NCBI GenBank assembly: GCA_964602665.1
Contig: CAZRRH010000002.1
Coordinates: 1 to 60,170, forward strand
Source: an uncultured Candidatus Saccharibacteria bacterium
Lineage (GTDB): Bacteria > Patescibacteriota > Dojkabacteria > SC72 > WJKH01
Length of the DNA: 60,170 nucleotides
Direction of reading: 5' to 3'
Within the stretch, counting starts at the first letter, position 1. Each line of letters starts with the position of its first letter. This document shows positions 1 to 8,128 of this stretch, one piece after another. A model generated the notes under the pieces. That model was not told the DNA's origin. It saw nothing but the letters and a program-made list of their open reading frames with translations, and did no database searches. The position numbers were made by a program, and so were the translations under genes.

Positions 1-34
1 GCCCATTATACCAAAATTAGTTGACCATTTTAAT

Positions 35-610
35 TCAGTTAACTGGGCAAGGCCCCTTAATTTTATTAATCATCCTCATAAAAGCATATTGATCATTATG
101 TTTTTGAGCTTCATTTATGTTTATCCATTTGACATCTATTGATTCTTTTGAAATCGCAAATTTCGTTTTAAAATCAACGACAAGAAGCATTCTAACATCA
201 TAATGAAAATGTTCTGGGAATCCTTTGTAGCTGTTAATTTTATGTACATCGATGTCAAAAATAGTTGGAACCCTTTTATCAAAATGAAAATCAGTAATTC
301 CTGATTCTTCAAATACTTCTCTAAATGCAACTGCAAAGGGGTTTGGATCTTTGTCGCTATGACCGCCAAATTGAAGCCACAAACCTATTTTTTTGTGATA
401 TGTGAGAAGGACATGTTCAAACTCTTTGTCTACAACAATGCCTGATCCTGTTATATGACCAGGCATTGTTTCTCTATCAAACGGATCGTTTGAGCTTTCA
501 ATAAGTTTTAAAAATTTCTTCTTTGACGCTATTTCTTCTTTATCTTTTGGTTTGTACTCTAAAATCTGCTTGTACAAAAAGAAGCTCTTGTTAGATGGTA
601 GAATATCCAT
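35..610 (-). CDS. NUDIX hydrolase
   Basis: Nudix box GGHSDKDPNPFAVAFREVFEESG; HITGS and HYDVR motifs typical of this subfamily. Confidence 0.9.
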   Translation of the reverse strand: MDILPSNKSFFLYKQILEYKPKDKEEIASKKKFLKLIESSNDPFDRETMPGHITGSGIVVDKEFEHVLLTYHKKIGLWLQFGGHSDKDPNPFAVAFREVFEESGITDFHFDKRVPTIFDIDVHKINSYKGFPEHFHYDVRMLLVVDFKTKFAISKESIDVKWININEAQKHNDQYAFMRMINKIKGPCPVN

Positions 611-618
611 ATTCCTTT

Positions 619-1584
619 TTACTCAGTCCACTCACTCTTTTGTATAATTTCAGACAAGACCCAGTCATAATCTCCATTTACAACTGTTGCGTTACAGTAT
701 TTACACTTACCTGCGACATCAACATCGATTGGAGCACCGCAATTAGGACACTTTCTATCAAAAATACCGTCTTTGATTTTAGTCTTTAAGTTAGATTTTC
801 GTATAAAAACCCAGAATTCCGTAAATGGAGGGTTAAGATCTTTACTTCCGTGAATGAGCTTATCAGGTGCGTCTTCTTTTACTCGGTAATCTTTCATTGA
901 TGCACGAACTTTCATTGAGATTTTATGGTATGTGTCGCCAAGATCAATTCTTGCAAAATCCATTGAGCCAACAACTATATCTTCAAGTACATTTATTTCT
1001 TTGTTTTTTATCATGCTGTCGATTTGCATCTGATGGCTTTGATAAACTTCTTCTGCCATAAATGGTCTACATACGCTTTGATCTCTTTTGGTCCATCCTT
1101 CTTGTACTGCCATGAAGACTTTTTTTGAGTGTGTCTTAAATTTTTGTTCGTCAAAATCAGGATCGACTTCCTTAAGCTTTTTGATTTGATCACTTATCTC
1201 GTCTGTGGTCATGGATTTGTTTGTTCCTGCTGATCCTTGAGATGAAGATGTTGTTGGGGTACTTCCTGTTGGGCCAGATCCTCCCTTTCTCTTTTTAATT
1301 ATTGAAGCAATGACAAATATTGCAACAACTATGAAAAAGCAACAAGCTGACATCCATCCGTTCTCGTCTGAGCTACTAGATGTATAAGAACTTGATGACC
1401 AGTCCGATCCTGATGACCAATCTGATCCGCTATCCCACGAGGATCCCGAGTCAAAACCTCCGTCGCCAAATGTATCACCGCCACCCGCTCTTGCTAATAA
1501 ATTGTCCTCTTGTGCCAAAGCAAAGCTACCACTTAAATGTAGCATTACAGAAATAACAAGCAAAAATCTTAATGTTTTGCTCAT
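619..1584 (-). CDS. Membrane protein with Tim44-like domain and C-terminal zinc ribbon
   Basis: Signal peptide, ARAGGG plus Gly/Ser-rich linker, TM helix, Tim44-like DPDFDEQKF...VQEGW...FTEFWVF, CPNCGAP-x9-CKYC. Confidence 0.8.
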   Translation of the reverse strand: MSKTLRFLLVISVMLHLSGSFALAQEDNLLARAGGGDTFGDGGFDSGSSWDSGSDWSSGSDWSSSSYTSSSSDENGWMSACCFFIVVAIFVIASIIKKRKGGSGPTGSTPTTSSSQGSAGTNKSMTTDEISDQIKKLKEVDPDFDEQKFKTHSKKVFMAVQEGWTKRDQSVCRPFMAEEVYQSHQMQIDSMIKNKEINVLEDIVVGSMDFARIDLGDTYHKISMKVRASMKDYRVKEDAPDKLIHGSKDLNPPFTEFWVFIRKSNLKTKIKDGIFDRKCPNCGAPIDVDVAGKCKYCNATVVNGDYDWVLSEIIQKSEWTE

Positions 1585-1617
1585 AGATGTTAAATTTTTA
1601 AAAATTATTTACTATTA

Positions 1618-2586
1618 TTATTCTGTCGTACTTGTTGGTGCTGGCTCTGTTGGTGTAACGGGAGCGGTTGGTTCTGTAGGCTGTGGATTTACGGCTGTCG
1701 GAGCTGGCTTTGCAGTTGGCTGAGCTGATGCTCCAATTCCTGCTCCAATTCCCATACCTGTCATCATTCCTGCGCCCATATTGGCTACTTGTCCTGCAGG
1801 AGAATTGCTTTTAAGACCCTCTGCCATACCAAGCTTGACTGCAACATCTGCAGCTCCAGCATTGTTGGCATAAGCGAAGTCTCTTGTTAATTGCTTTAGC
1901 ATTGCTTCATCTTCCTCTTTGATGCTAATTGTAACATTGCCAAGTTTAGCTATTTCAATACCGTAATCTTTAAGCTCTTCCTTTACTTTACTTATCGCAC
2001 TTACTTCAAACTCTGAGGCCTGAGAAGCGATTCCTAATACAGGCTTTTTTTCTACTGATACATAGTCAGCAACAATTTCCCTGAATACTTTTAATATTTG
2101 TTGCTTTATCCATTCTGTGATTTCATCATTTGAATAAAGGTTTTTTGTTCCTGCGAGATTGACAATTAGCTTGCCAGAATCTATTACTCTAAGACTATAT
2201 TCGCCAAATAGTCTTATTGTTATAGCAAGATTTGTTGTTGGATCTAGCACATTATCAATCATTCCACCAAATGGCAAAGATGCAAATTGCCTTGTTGATA
2301 CGAAATACAGCTCAGATATGAGGAAGTTACCACCTGTTGCGGCATCTATTAGTCCGCTTAAAAAAGGAATACTTGCACCATCAAGAGTATGTGTGCCAGA
2401 ATCTAGTAATCCTACTACTTCTCCTTTTTTAATAAATAAAGCTACTTCATCAGGCTGGACTGTTAATTGTGTGAGCATCCTGATGTTTGTGTCTGGCCAT
2501 TTATAAATTATTAGATCTTTACTCTCATCTGGTCTTGCAATAAACTCTCTCTTGACCTCTTTTTTTACAAAATTAAAAATACCCAT
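1618..2586 (-). CDS. SPFH/band-7 domain protein (YdjI / 'virion core protein'-like)
   Basis: IYKWP...QLTVQPDEVALF..KG...GTHTL...ELYFVSTRQF; Gly/Met-rich then Pro/Thr-rich tail. Confidence 0.85.
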   Translation of the reverse strand: MGIFNFVKKEVKREFIARPDESKDLIIYKWPDTNIRMLTQLTVQPDEVALFIKKGEVVGLLDSGTHTLDGASIPFLSGLIDAATGGNFLISELYFVSTRQFASLPFGGMIDNVLDPTTNLAITIRLFGEYSLRVIDSGKLIVNLAGTKNLYSNDEITEWIKQQILKVFREIVADYVSVEKKPVLGIASQASEFEVSAISKVKEELKDYGIEIAKLGNVTISIKEEDEAMLKQLTRDFAYANNAGAADVAVKLGMAEGLKSNSPAGQVANMGAGMMTGMGIGAGIGASAQPTAKPAPTAVNPQPTEPTAPVTPTEPAPTSTTE

Positions 2587-2604
2587 ATTTATTTAAATAA
2601 AAAA

Positions 2605-3012
2605 TTATTTTACACTCTTCTTACTTTTTGTTACGGGAGCTCTTTTTGTCATCTGTCTTTTGACAGTGCTCCAGTCAGTTTTAAGTTGTCCTGCAAGTTT
2701 TGAGCTTGCTTCTTTTGTTACAGAAGCATCGTCTTTTAGCTCACTTACGACATCGTTTACGATTGCTTTATAGTTACTCTCGTCGAGTTTTGCTCCTAAC
2801 TTTTTTGCTTGCTTGACTTTGTACAAAACCTCTTTTTTTGCAAGGGAATATTGCTCGTCAAAGTCCTCTTTTAGTTTTTTGCCAACCTTTTCCAAATCTT
2901 TTCTTGTTTCCTCTCCAGACTTTGGAGCAAGGAGTATGCCTGCTACTGCACCTGCGACAAGTCCAGTAGTAAGTCCTGTCAGAAAAGATCCAAATGAATT
3001 ATCTCTTGACAT
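2605..3012 (-). CDS. YtxH-domain protein
   Basis: GLVAGAVAGILLAPKSGEETRKDL signature. Confidence 0.9.
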   Translation of the reverse strand: MSRDNSFGSFLTGLTTGLVAGAVAGILLAPKSGEETRKDLEKVGKKLKEDFDEQYSLAKKEVLYKVKQAKKLGAKLDESNYKAIVNDVVSELKDDASVTKEASSKLAGQLKTDWSTVKRQMTKRAPVTKSKKSVK

Positions 3013-3033
3013 AAAATTTTTATAAAAAATTAA

Positions 3034-3591
3034 TTAAAGTCTCATCTTAAATATTAGTAAATAAGCAATTGCTATTAATATAACCGGTGGAATTGATATA
3101 AAAAGGATCTCTCTTATACCAAACTTATTCTCCTGTGGCTCTATTAATACTGTTTCACTTACTTTTTGCTCTGTTTGTTCTTCGTCATCTGTTGTACTAC
3201 TGGAGGCTGTATCTTGTGGCTCGTAAATTTGTACTACAGGCTCTGTATTTGTTCTTTCTGCTATGTCTTCTAGTATCTTTACGCTTCCAAAGATGCAATC
3301 TTCTCCATCATAGGACATCGGTACTGAGTAATCACTCTCGGATATGTCGTATCCGCAAGCATCTTTCGCTATGAGATATTGATTAAGGTTTTCATCACTA
3401 GTGTCAATATCTTTAAATATTATGTTAAGTTTCTCATCGTATTTTTGTTCTTCTGTTGCTGATTTTACTTGTGCACAATATCCGCATGTTGTGGAAGTGA
3501 ATATTGTATATTCATCTTTGGCTAGAACATCACATGGGGCATATATAATTATTAATGAAAACATCATTAAAAAAAGAATTATTTTCTTCAT
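3034..3591 (-). CDS. Exported glutaredoxin/thioredoxin-fold protein with C-terminal TM anchor
   Basis: Signal peptide, CGYC motif, cis-Pro-like SVPM, acidic linker, C-terminal hydrophobic helix. Confidence 0.7.
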   Translation of the reverse strand: MKKIILFLMMFSLIIIYAPCDVLAKDEYTIFTSTTCGYCAQVKSATEEQKYDEKLNIIFKDIDTSDENLNQYLIAKDACGYDISESDYSVPMSYDGEDCIFGSVKILEDIAERTNTEPVVQIYEPQDTASSSTTDDEEQTEQKVSETVLIEPQENKFGIREILFISIPPVILIAIAYLLIFKMRL

Positions 3592-3635
3592 GATAACTAT
3601 TCTATCATAAAATCAAATATGTTAGAATAGATCTT

Positions 3636-4319
3636 ATGCAATATCCGACATTAGATTTAGAAAAGAAGCTTTGGGCTGATGGCAAGGACTTTATTGTAGG
3701 AATAGATGAAGCGGGTAGAGGACCTTGGGCGGGACCTATGGCAATTGCTGGGACTTTAATCACTCCCAATACGCCTTTAATTGAAGGTATTGCAGATAGC
3801 AAAAAGTTATCCAAGAAAAGAAGAGAAAGAGTTCTCTTACAAATGAGGGAGGAGAAAATTATCTATGAAGTTATAATGGTAGAAAATACTGACCTAGATA
3901 AATACGGTTTATCTGCCTGTTTGTCATCTGTTATATCTAAAATTTGTTTGAAGTTAGAATTAAGAGTGGGCAAAAAAATCGATGTTATCTTGCTTGATGG
4001 CGAGAATTTAAAAACGAGTATAGACAGGTTTTTTATTAAAGAGAATAATGCTGATATGAATCATTATACTGTTTCTTGCGCCTCTGTAATTGCAAAAGTT
4101 AGTAGAGATAATATAATGTGTTCGTATGCTAAAAAATATCCTGAATACGGTTTTGATAAGCACATGGGATATGGTACTAAGCTTCATCAGGAGATGATTG
4201 ATAAATATGGTCCTTGTCCAATACACAGGTTCTCATTTAATCCTATCAAAAAACTTATTGAGGAAAAAAATAACTCACAAAAAAAGAATTGGAAATATTG
4301 GAGAGGCGATTGTAGCTAA
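3636..4319 (+). CDS. rnhB: Ribonuclease HII
   Basis: GIDEAGRGPWAGP, DSKKL, ASVIAKVSRD, KHMGYGT, HRFSF motifs. Confidence 0.95.
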   Translation: MQYPTLDLEKKLWADGKDFIVGIDEAGRGPWAGPMAIAGTLITPNTPLIEGIADSKKLSKKRRERVLLQMREEKIIYEVIMVENTDLDKYGLSACLSSVISKICLKLELRVGKKIDVILLDGENLKTSIDRFFIKENNADMNHYTVSCASVIAKVSRDNIMCSYAKKYPEYGFDKHMGYGTKLHQEMIDKYGPCPIHRFSFNPIKKLIEEKNNSQKKNWKYWRGDCS

Positions 4320-4620
4320 TAAGCTTATTCAGAAAGGTTTTACTATTATTGACAGAAACTATTTTTGTAAAGGGCACAAAGGAGAGATCGACATAGTAGC
4401 AATAAAGGATAATAAGGCATATTTTTTTGAAGTAAGAACAAGATCTTCCAATTTATCAAATGGAGAATATGCTGTCATAAATTCGTATAAAAAGTACAAA
4501 TTCCTAATGGCGTGCTATTGCTGGATTAATGAGCATAATTATCAATTTGGAGGTATATATCTGGCAATTGTAAAAATCATAGTAGATGATACTTTTATTT
4601 TTTGTAAAAGAATGATATAA
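4258..4620 (+). CDS. yraN: YraN family PD-(D/E)xK nuclease
   Basis: GNIGEAIVANKL..KGFTIIDRNY...GEIDIVA...FFEVRTR. Start moved to in-frame TTG at 4258 because the track start at 4198 lies deep inside rnhB. Confidence 0.8.
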   Translation: MRKKITHKKRIGNIGEAIVANKLIQKGFTIIDRNYFCKGHKGEIDIVAIKDNKAYFFEVRTRSSNLSNGEYAVINSYKKYKFLMACYCWINEHNYQFGGIYLAIVKIIVDDTFIFCKRMI

Positions 4621-4638
4621 TAGTATCTAGAATACTTT

Positions 4639-4712
4639 GGGTCGCTAGCTCATCAGGTTAGAGCAACTGCCTTTTAAGCAGTAGGTGCTGGGTTCGAGTC
4701 CCAGGCGACTCA
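4639..4712 (+). tRNA. tRNA-Lys(UUU)
   Basis: Acceptor GGGTCGC/GCGACTC, anticodon arm ACTGC-CTTTTAA-GCAGT, T-loop TTCGAGT; CCA not encoded. Confidence 0.95.
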
Positions 4713-4772
4713 TTTTTTATCTCCACAGAATGACAAAAAAAGCTTGAAAATCTCTATGGTTTTTGATATATT

Positions 4773-5333
4773 TTGTATATGAAGAAAAAAACTAATAAAA
4801 AAACTTATCAAGAAATTGACAGATGGGCAAAAAAGCCTAATAGGAGACAGCTTTTTTTAAACAGGCTCTCAAAAATAAAAAGCAAATATTTTATTATTGG
4901 CGTTGTTGTTTTATTGATAGTATCAAACTTTCTATTTTTTATCCTTGTAAAAAGAGGAAATTATTCATATAAAAGGCTTTGGGAAAATGGTGATGAAGTA
5001 GCAAATAACAAGATCGAAGAGGGAAAAGAGAGTGTTGTATTTGACAAACTGTTATTCAATGTGCCATTTAGATTTTCTGTAGATGACAACAAAAAATTTG
5101 ACTGGAATGTTTTTATAATAGAAAGTCCAGAACTTAAATATTATCAGTATAACGGATCAATTTCAGATGACCAAGACAATATTTTATCTGAGGTCGATTT
5201 GTATTTTTATCCAAAAGGTATAAAATTTCCTTCAGACTCAGATGAAGAAATTAAACATATAAAAAGTTGGGACATTTATATCGTTGGTAATGATGCCAAG
5301 GAAATTAAGGAAAGTTTTAAATTGCAGGAGTAG
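4773..5333 (+). CDS. Hypothetical single-pass membrane protein
   Basis: Basic N-terminus, one TM helix (YFIIGVVVLLIVSNFLFFILV); ATG alternative at 4779. Confidence 0.6.
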   Translation: MYMKKKTNKKTYQEIDRWAKKPNRRQLFLNRLSKIKSKYFIIGVVVLLIVSNFLFFILVKRGNYSYKRLWENGDEVANNKIEEGKESVVFDKLLFNVPFRFSVDDNKKFDWNVFIIESPELKYYQYNGSISDDQDNILSEVDLYFYPKGIKFPSDSDEEIKHIKSWDIYIVGNDAKEIKESFKLQE

Positions 5334-6735
5334 ATTTGTAGTCAACAAGTTGCTCGATACTGTAGGCCAAGTCCAAAATAAGTTGCTCTTCCCAATGTCT
5401 TGATAATATTTGGAAGCCAACTGGTAAATTGCCAGAGTATCCTACTGGAATTGATATTCCCGGCATACCAGAGAGGGAACTAGCTTCGGTAAGAACATCC
5501 ATCATTTCGCCAAAAAGCGGGTCTTTGCTTGCGTCTCCCTGTTTAAGTGCAGGAATTGGTGTGGTGGGGCCTATTATTGCATCGTATTTTGATAATACGG
5601 AATTTATATCATCTATAATCATTTGTCGTACGAGCTGGGCTTTTGCATAATATTTGTCGCTGTAGCCTGCAGAAAGAGAGAACTTTCCTGTCATTATGCG
5701 CCTTTTCGCTTCGGCTCCAAATCCCATTCCTCTTACTTCTTCCATGTAGTCGCTTGTGCTTTTTCCACTTCTTGAATTTATTCCATATCTGATACCATTG
5801 TAGCGACTCAAATTTGAACTAACCTCACTTCTACAGACAATTGTATAAACCGCAATTGCAAGTTGTGGATCAAGAAGTTTAACATACTCGATTTTTGCTC
5901 CTTCTGATTTTATCGTTTCTAAAACCCTTGTAAAATTTTCTCTTACTCCTTTATCTAAATCTAATTCTAGCCACTCAGTAGGGACAGCGAGCTTTGCTCC
6001 CTTAAGTTTTGATTTGTTAAGATTAGTATAGTAGTCGGGAACTTCTTTTTCTGAAGTTGTAAAGTCGCTTTTATCATGACCTGCTATTACGCTAAGTAAA
6101 TATGCGCTGTCTCGTACACTCTTTGTAATAGGCCCAGGGCTGTCAAGAGAAGACCCCATGGCTAAAACTCCATATCTTGATACTCTGCCATATGTTGGTT
6201 TGATACCAACACAGCCACACCAAGATGCCGGCTGTCTTATGGATCCTGCCGTTTCTGTGCCAATAGCAGTTGTTGCAAGGTCGGCGACAACCGCTACTGC
6301 ACTACCTCCAGATGAACCTCCAGGAAGTCTTGATAAATCATGCGGATTATGTGATGCTTTGTAATAAGATGTTTGTGTTGATGAACCATGACAAAACTCA
6401 TCAAGATTTGTTTTTCCAATAATAATCCCTCCTTCATCAAGTATTCTTTGAGTAACAGTTGATTCAAATACGGGGATATAATTTTCTAAGATCTTTGATG
6501 CACATGTCGTTTTGAGCCCTTTTGTCGTAAAGACATCTTTTACTGCAATTGGTATTCCTGCCAACTTGCCTGTTTTAATGTCGTTTTTAAGATCGTCGTG
6601 GTTTACAGTTATAAAGGCGTTAAGTTTTGGGTTTAACTTCTCGATTCTTTCTAAATAGTACCTCAAGAGTTCTTCTGAGCTTATTTCTTTATCTTCGAGT
6701 AGCTTTTTTGCCTTAATTATGTCTAGATTTTCCAT
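5317..6735 (-). CDS. gatA: Asp-tRNA(Asn)/Glu-tRNA(Gln) amidotransferase subunit A
   Basis: Amidase signature GGSSGGSAVAV, GTETAGSIRQPASWCG, KPTYGRVSRYG, EAKRRIMTG. Confidence 0.95.
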   Translation of the reverse strand: MENLDIIKAKKLLEDKEISSEELLRYYLERIEKLNPKLNAFITVNHDDLKNDIKTGKLAGIPIAVKDVFTTKGLKTTCASKILENYIPVFESTVTQRILDEGGIIIGKTNLDEFCHGSSTQTSYYKASHNPHDLSRLPGGSSGGSAVAVVADLATTAIGTETAGSIRQPASWCGCVGIKPTYGRVSRYGVLAMGSSLDSPGPITKSVRDSAYLLSVIAGHDKSDFTTSEKEVPDYYTNLNKSKLKGAKLAVPTEWLELDLDKGVRENFTRVLETIKSEGAKIEYVKLLDPQLAIAVYTIVCRSEVSSNLSRYNGIRYGINSRSGKSTSDYMEEVRGMGFGAEAKRRIMTGKFSLSAGYSDKYYAKAQLVRQMIIDDINSVLSKYDAIIGPTTPIPALKQGDASKDPLFGEMMDVLTEASSLSGMPGISIPVGYSGNLPVGFQILSRHWEEQLILDLAYSIEQLVDYKSTPAI

Positions 6736-7423
6736 GTTTTATTAATAAGATTATGCCTGTTGTAATCATTGCAATGGAGAATATATCCGCCCATCCCCAA
6801 AATCCTATCACTGCAACATTATCTATCCTAAATCTACCCACAAATAAACGAATTAAACCGTACCCAATTGCGTATTTAGCTGCTATTTTACCTTTTTTAC
6901 GGTAAAAAAACAATAGTATAAAAAGTATAAGATTTAAAACACTCTCATAAAAGAATGTAGGGTGAAAGAATTCGTATGATAAGAACTCAGGCGCTCTATT
7001 TTCTGTAGATATATATATTTTCCAAGGTAAATTCGTTGGATAACCATAAAGTTCTTGATTAAAAAAATTCCCAAGTCTGCCAACAGCCTGTGCGATTGGC
7101 AAATATAGCGCGATTGTGTCAAACCAATTAATCAGATTAATTTTATTTCGTTTTGTTATCCATAAAGAAGTCAGGATTATACCTATAAGGACGCCGTAAA
7201 ATGATATCCCTTCTACTCTTGGATTAGCAATTTGTCTTATTGATTGCCAACTTAATCCTTCTCCTACAATATGAAAAATTCTTCCGATAATTATTATTAA
7301 AAGCAGTGATAATATTACCTCGTTATTTTTTATTTGTGGAAATTTGCAGAAAACCGGGACTAGAACTATGAGCACAGATATCCCTATCAAAAAGCCATAT
7401 ATTGAAAAAATATTCAAAAGCAT
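6713..7423 (-). CDS. lgt: Prolipoprotein diacylglyceryl transferase
   Basis: QAVGRLGNFFNQELYG, HPTFFYES, YGLIRLFVGRFR; multiple TM helices. Confidence 0.92.
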   Translation of the reverse strand: MLLNIFSIYGFLIGISVLIVLVPVFCKFPQIKNNEVILSLLLIIIIGRIFHIVGEGLSWQSIRQIANPRVEGISFYGVLIGIILTSLWITKRNKINLINWFDTIALYLPIAQAVGRLGNFFNQELYGYPTNLPWKIYISTENRAPEFLSYEFFHPTFFYESVLNLILFILLFFYRKKGKIAAKYAIGYGLIRLFVGRFRIDNVAVIGFWGWADIFSIAMITTGIILLIKHGKSRHN

Positions 7424-7441
7424 ATATAATTATACACCATT

Positions 7442-8125
7442 ATGAACAAACTAGCACTATTTGATTATGATAATACGCTCGCAATGGGCTTTGCGGTACC
7501 TGATGTTTGCAAGCTTATGGAGAAGAGTAATTTGGGAAATAAAGGATTTGCCAAAAGCTGGGATGAGTTATTAAGCGATTATGAAAGCGGTCGTATTGAG
7601 TATAATACAATGGTTGATAAGAGTGAAATTGTTATAGGAAATTTTCTTAAAGGAGTTAGCACAAATGAGTTTATGAAATTTATCAGGGAACAGTATAAAC
7701 CACTAGATTATTTAAATGCATGGGTAGAGCCACTATTTGATTTACTGAGAAAAAACGGATGGCATACTGCAATAATATCAGGCGCAATAAATGAGTTTTT
7801 GGAAGTTGTGCAAGAGTTGCTAGATGTTGATTTTATATGGGGTAGTAGAGTACATAAAAAAGGCTCGCTTTTTACAACAGACTTTAATGTCGTAATGAAT
7901 CATCAAGAAAAGGCTAAAATAGTTAAGGAGCTTGTTCCTTCTTTTGAAAAATCATTTGGAATGGGGGATAGTGAAGGAGATCTTGAATTTCTAAAGCTTG
8001 TTGATAGCGCTTTTGTATATAGCCCACAACCTGTTTTTGCTTCTATGCTTAAAGATAAATATCCCCAAATTATAATAATAGAAGACGGCCAGGCGATAGA
8101 AAAACTTACCAAGACGCTTGTTTAG
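7442..8125 (+). CDS. HAD-IB family hydrolase (phosphoserine-phosphatase-like)
   Basis: FDYDNTL motif I, IISGA motif II, K plus GDSEGD motifs III/IV. Confidence 0.85.
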   Translation: MNKLALFDYDNTLAMGFAVPDVCKLMEKSNLGNKGFAKSWDELLSDYESGRIEYNTMVDKSEIVIGNFLKGVSTNEFMKFIREQYKPLDYLNAWVEPLFDLLRKNGWHTAIISGAINEFLEVVQELLDVDFIWGSRVHKKGSLFTTDFNVVMNHQEKAKIVKELVPSFEKSFGMGDSEGDLEFLKLVDSAFVYSPQPVFASMLKDKYPQIIIIEDGQAIEKLTKTLV

Positions 8126-8128
8126 CAA

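Noticed and set aside
1393-1428. 18-bp tandem duplication
   Set aside because: Encodes GSDWSS twice in a low-complexity linker; ordinary slippage
5317-6735. gatA without adjacent gatC/gatB as a stand-alone amidase
   Set aside because: GatA-specific motifs (EAKRRIMTG, SNLSRYNG) are present, and split gat loci are unremarkable in reduced genomes
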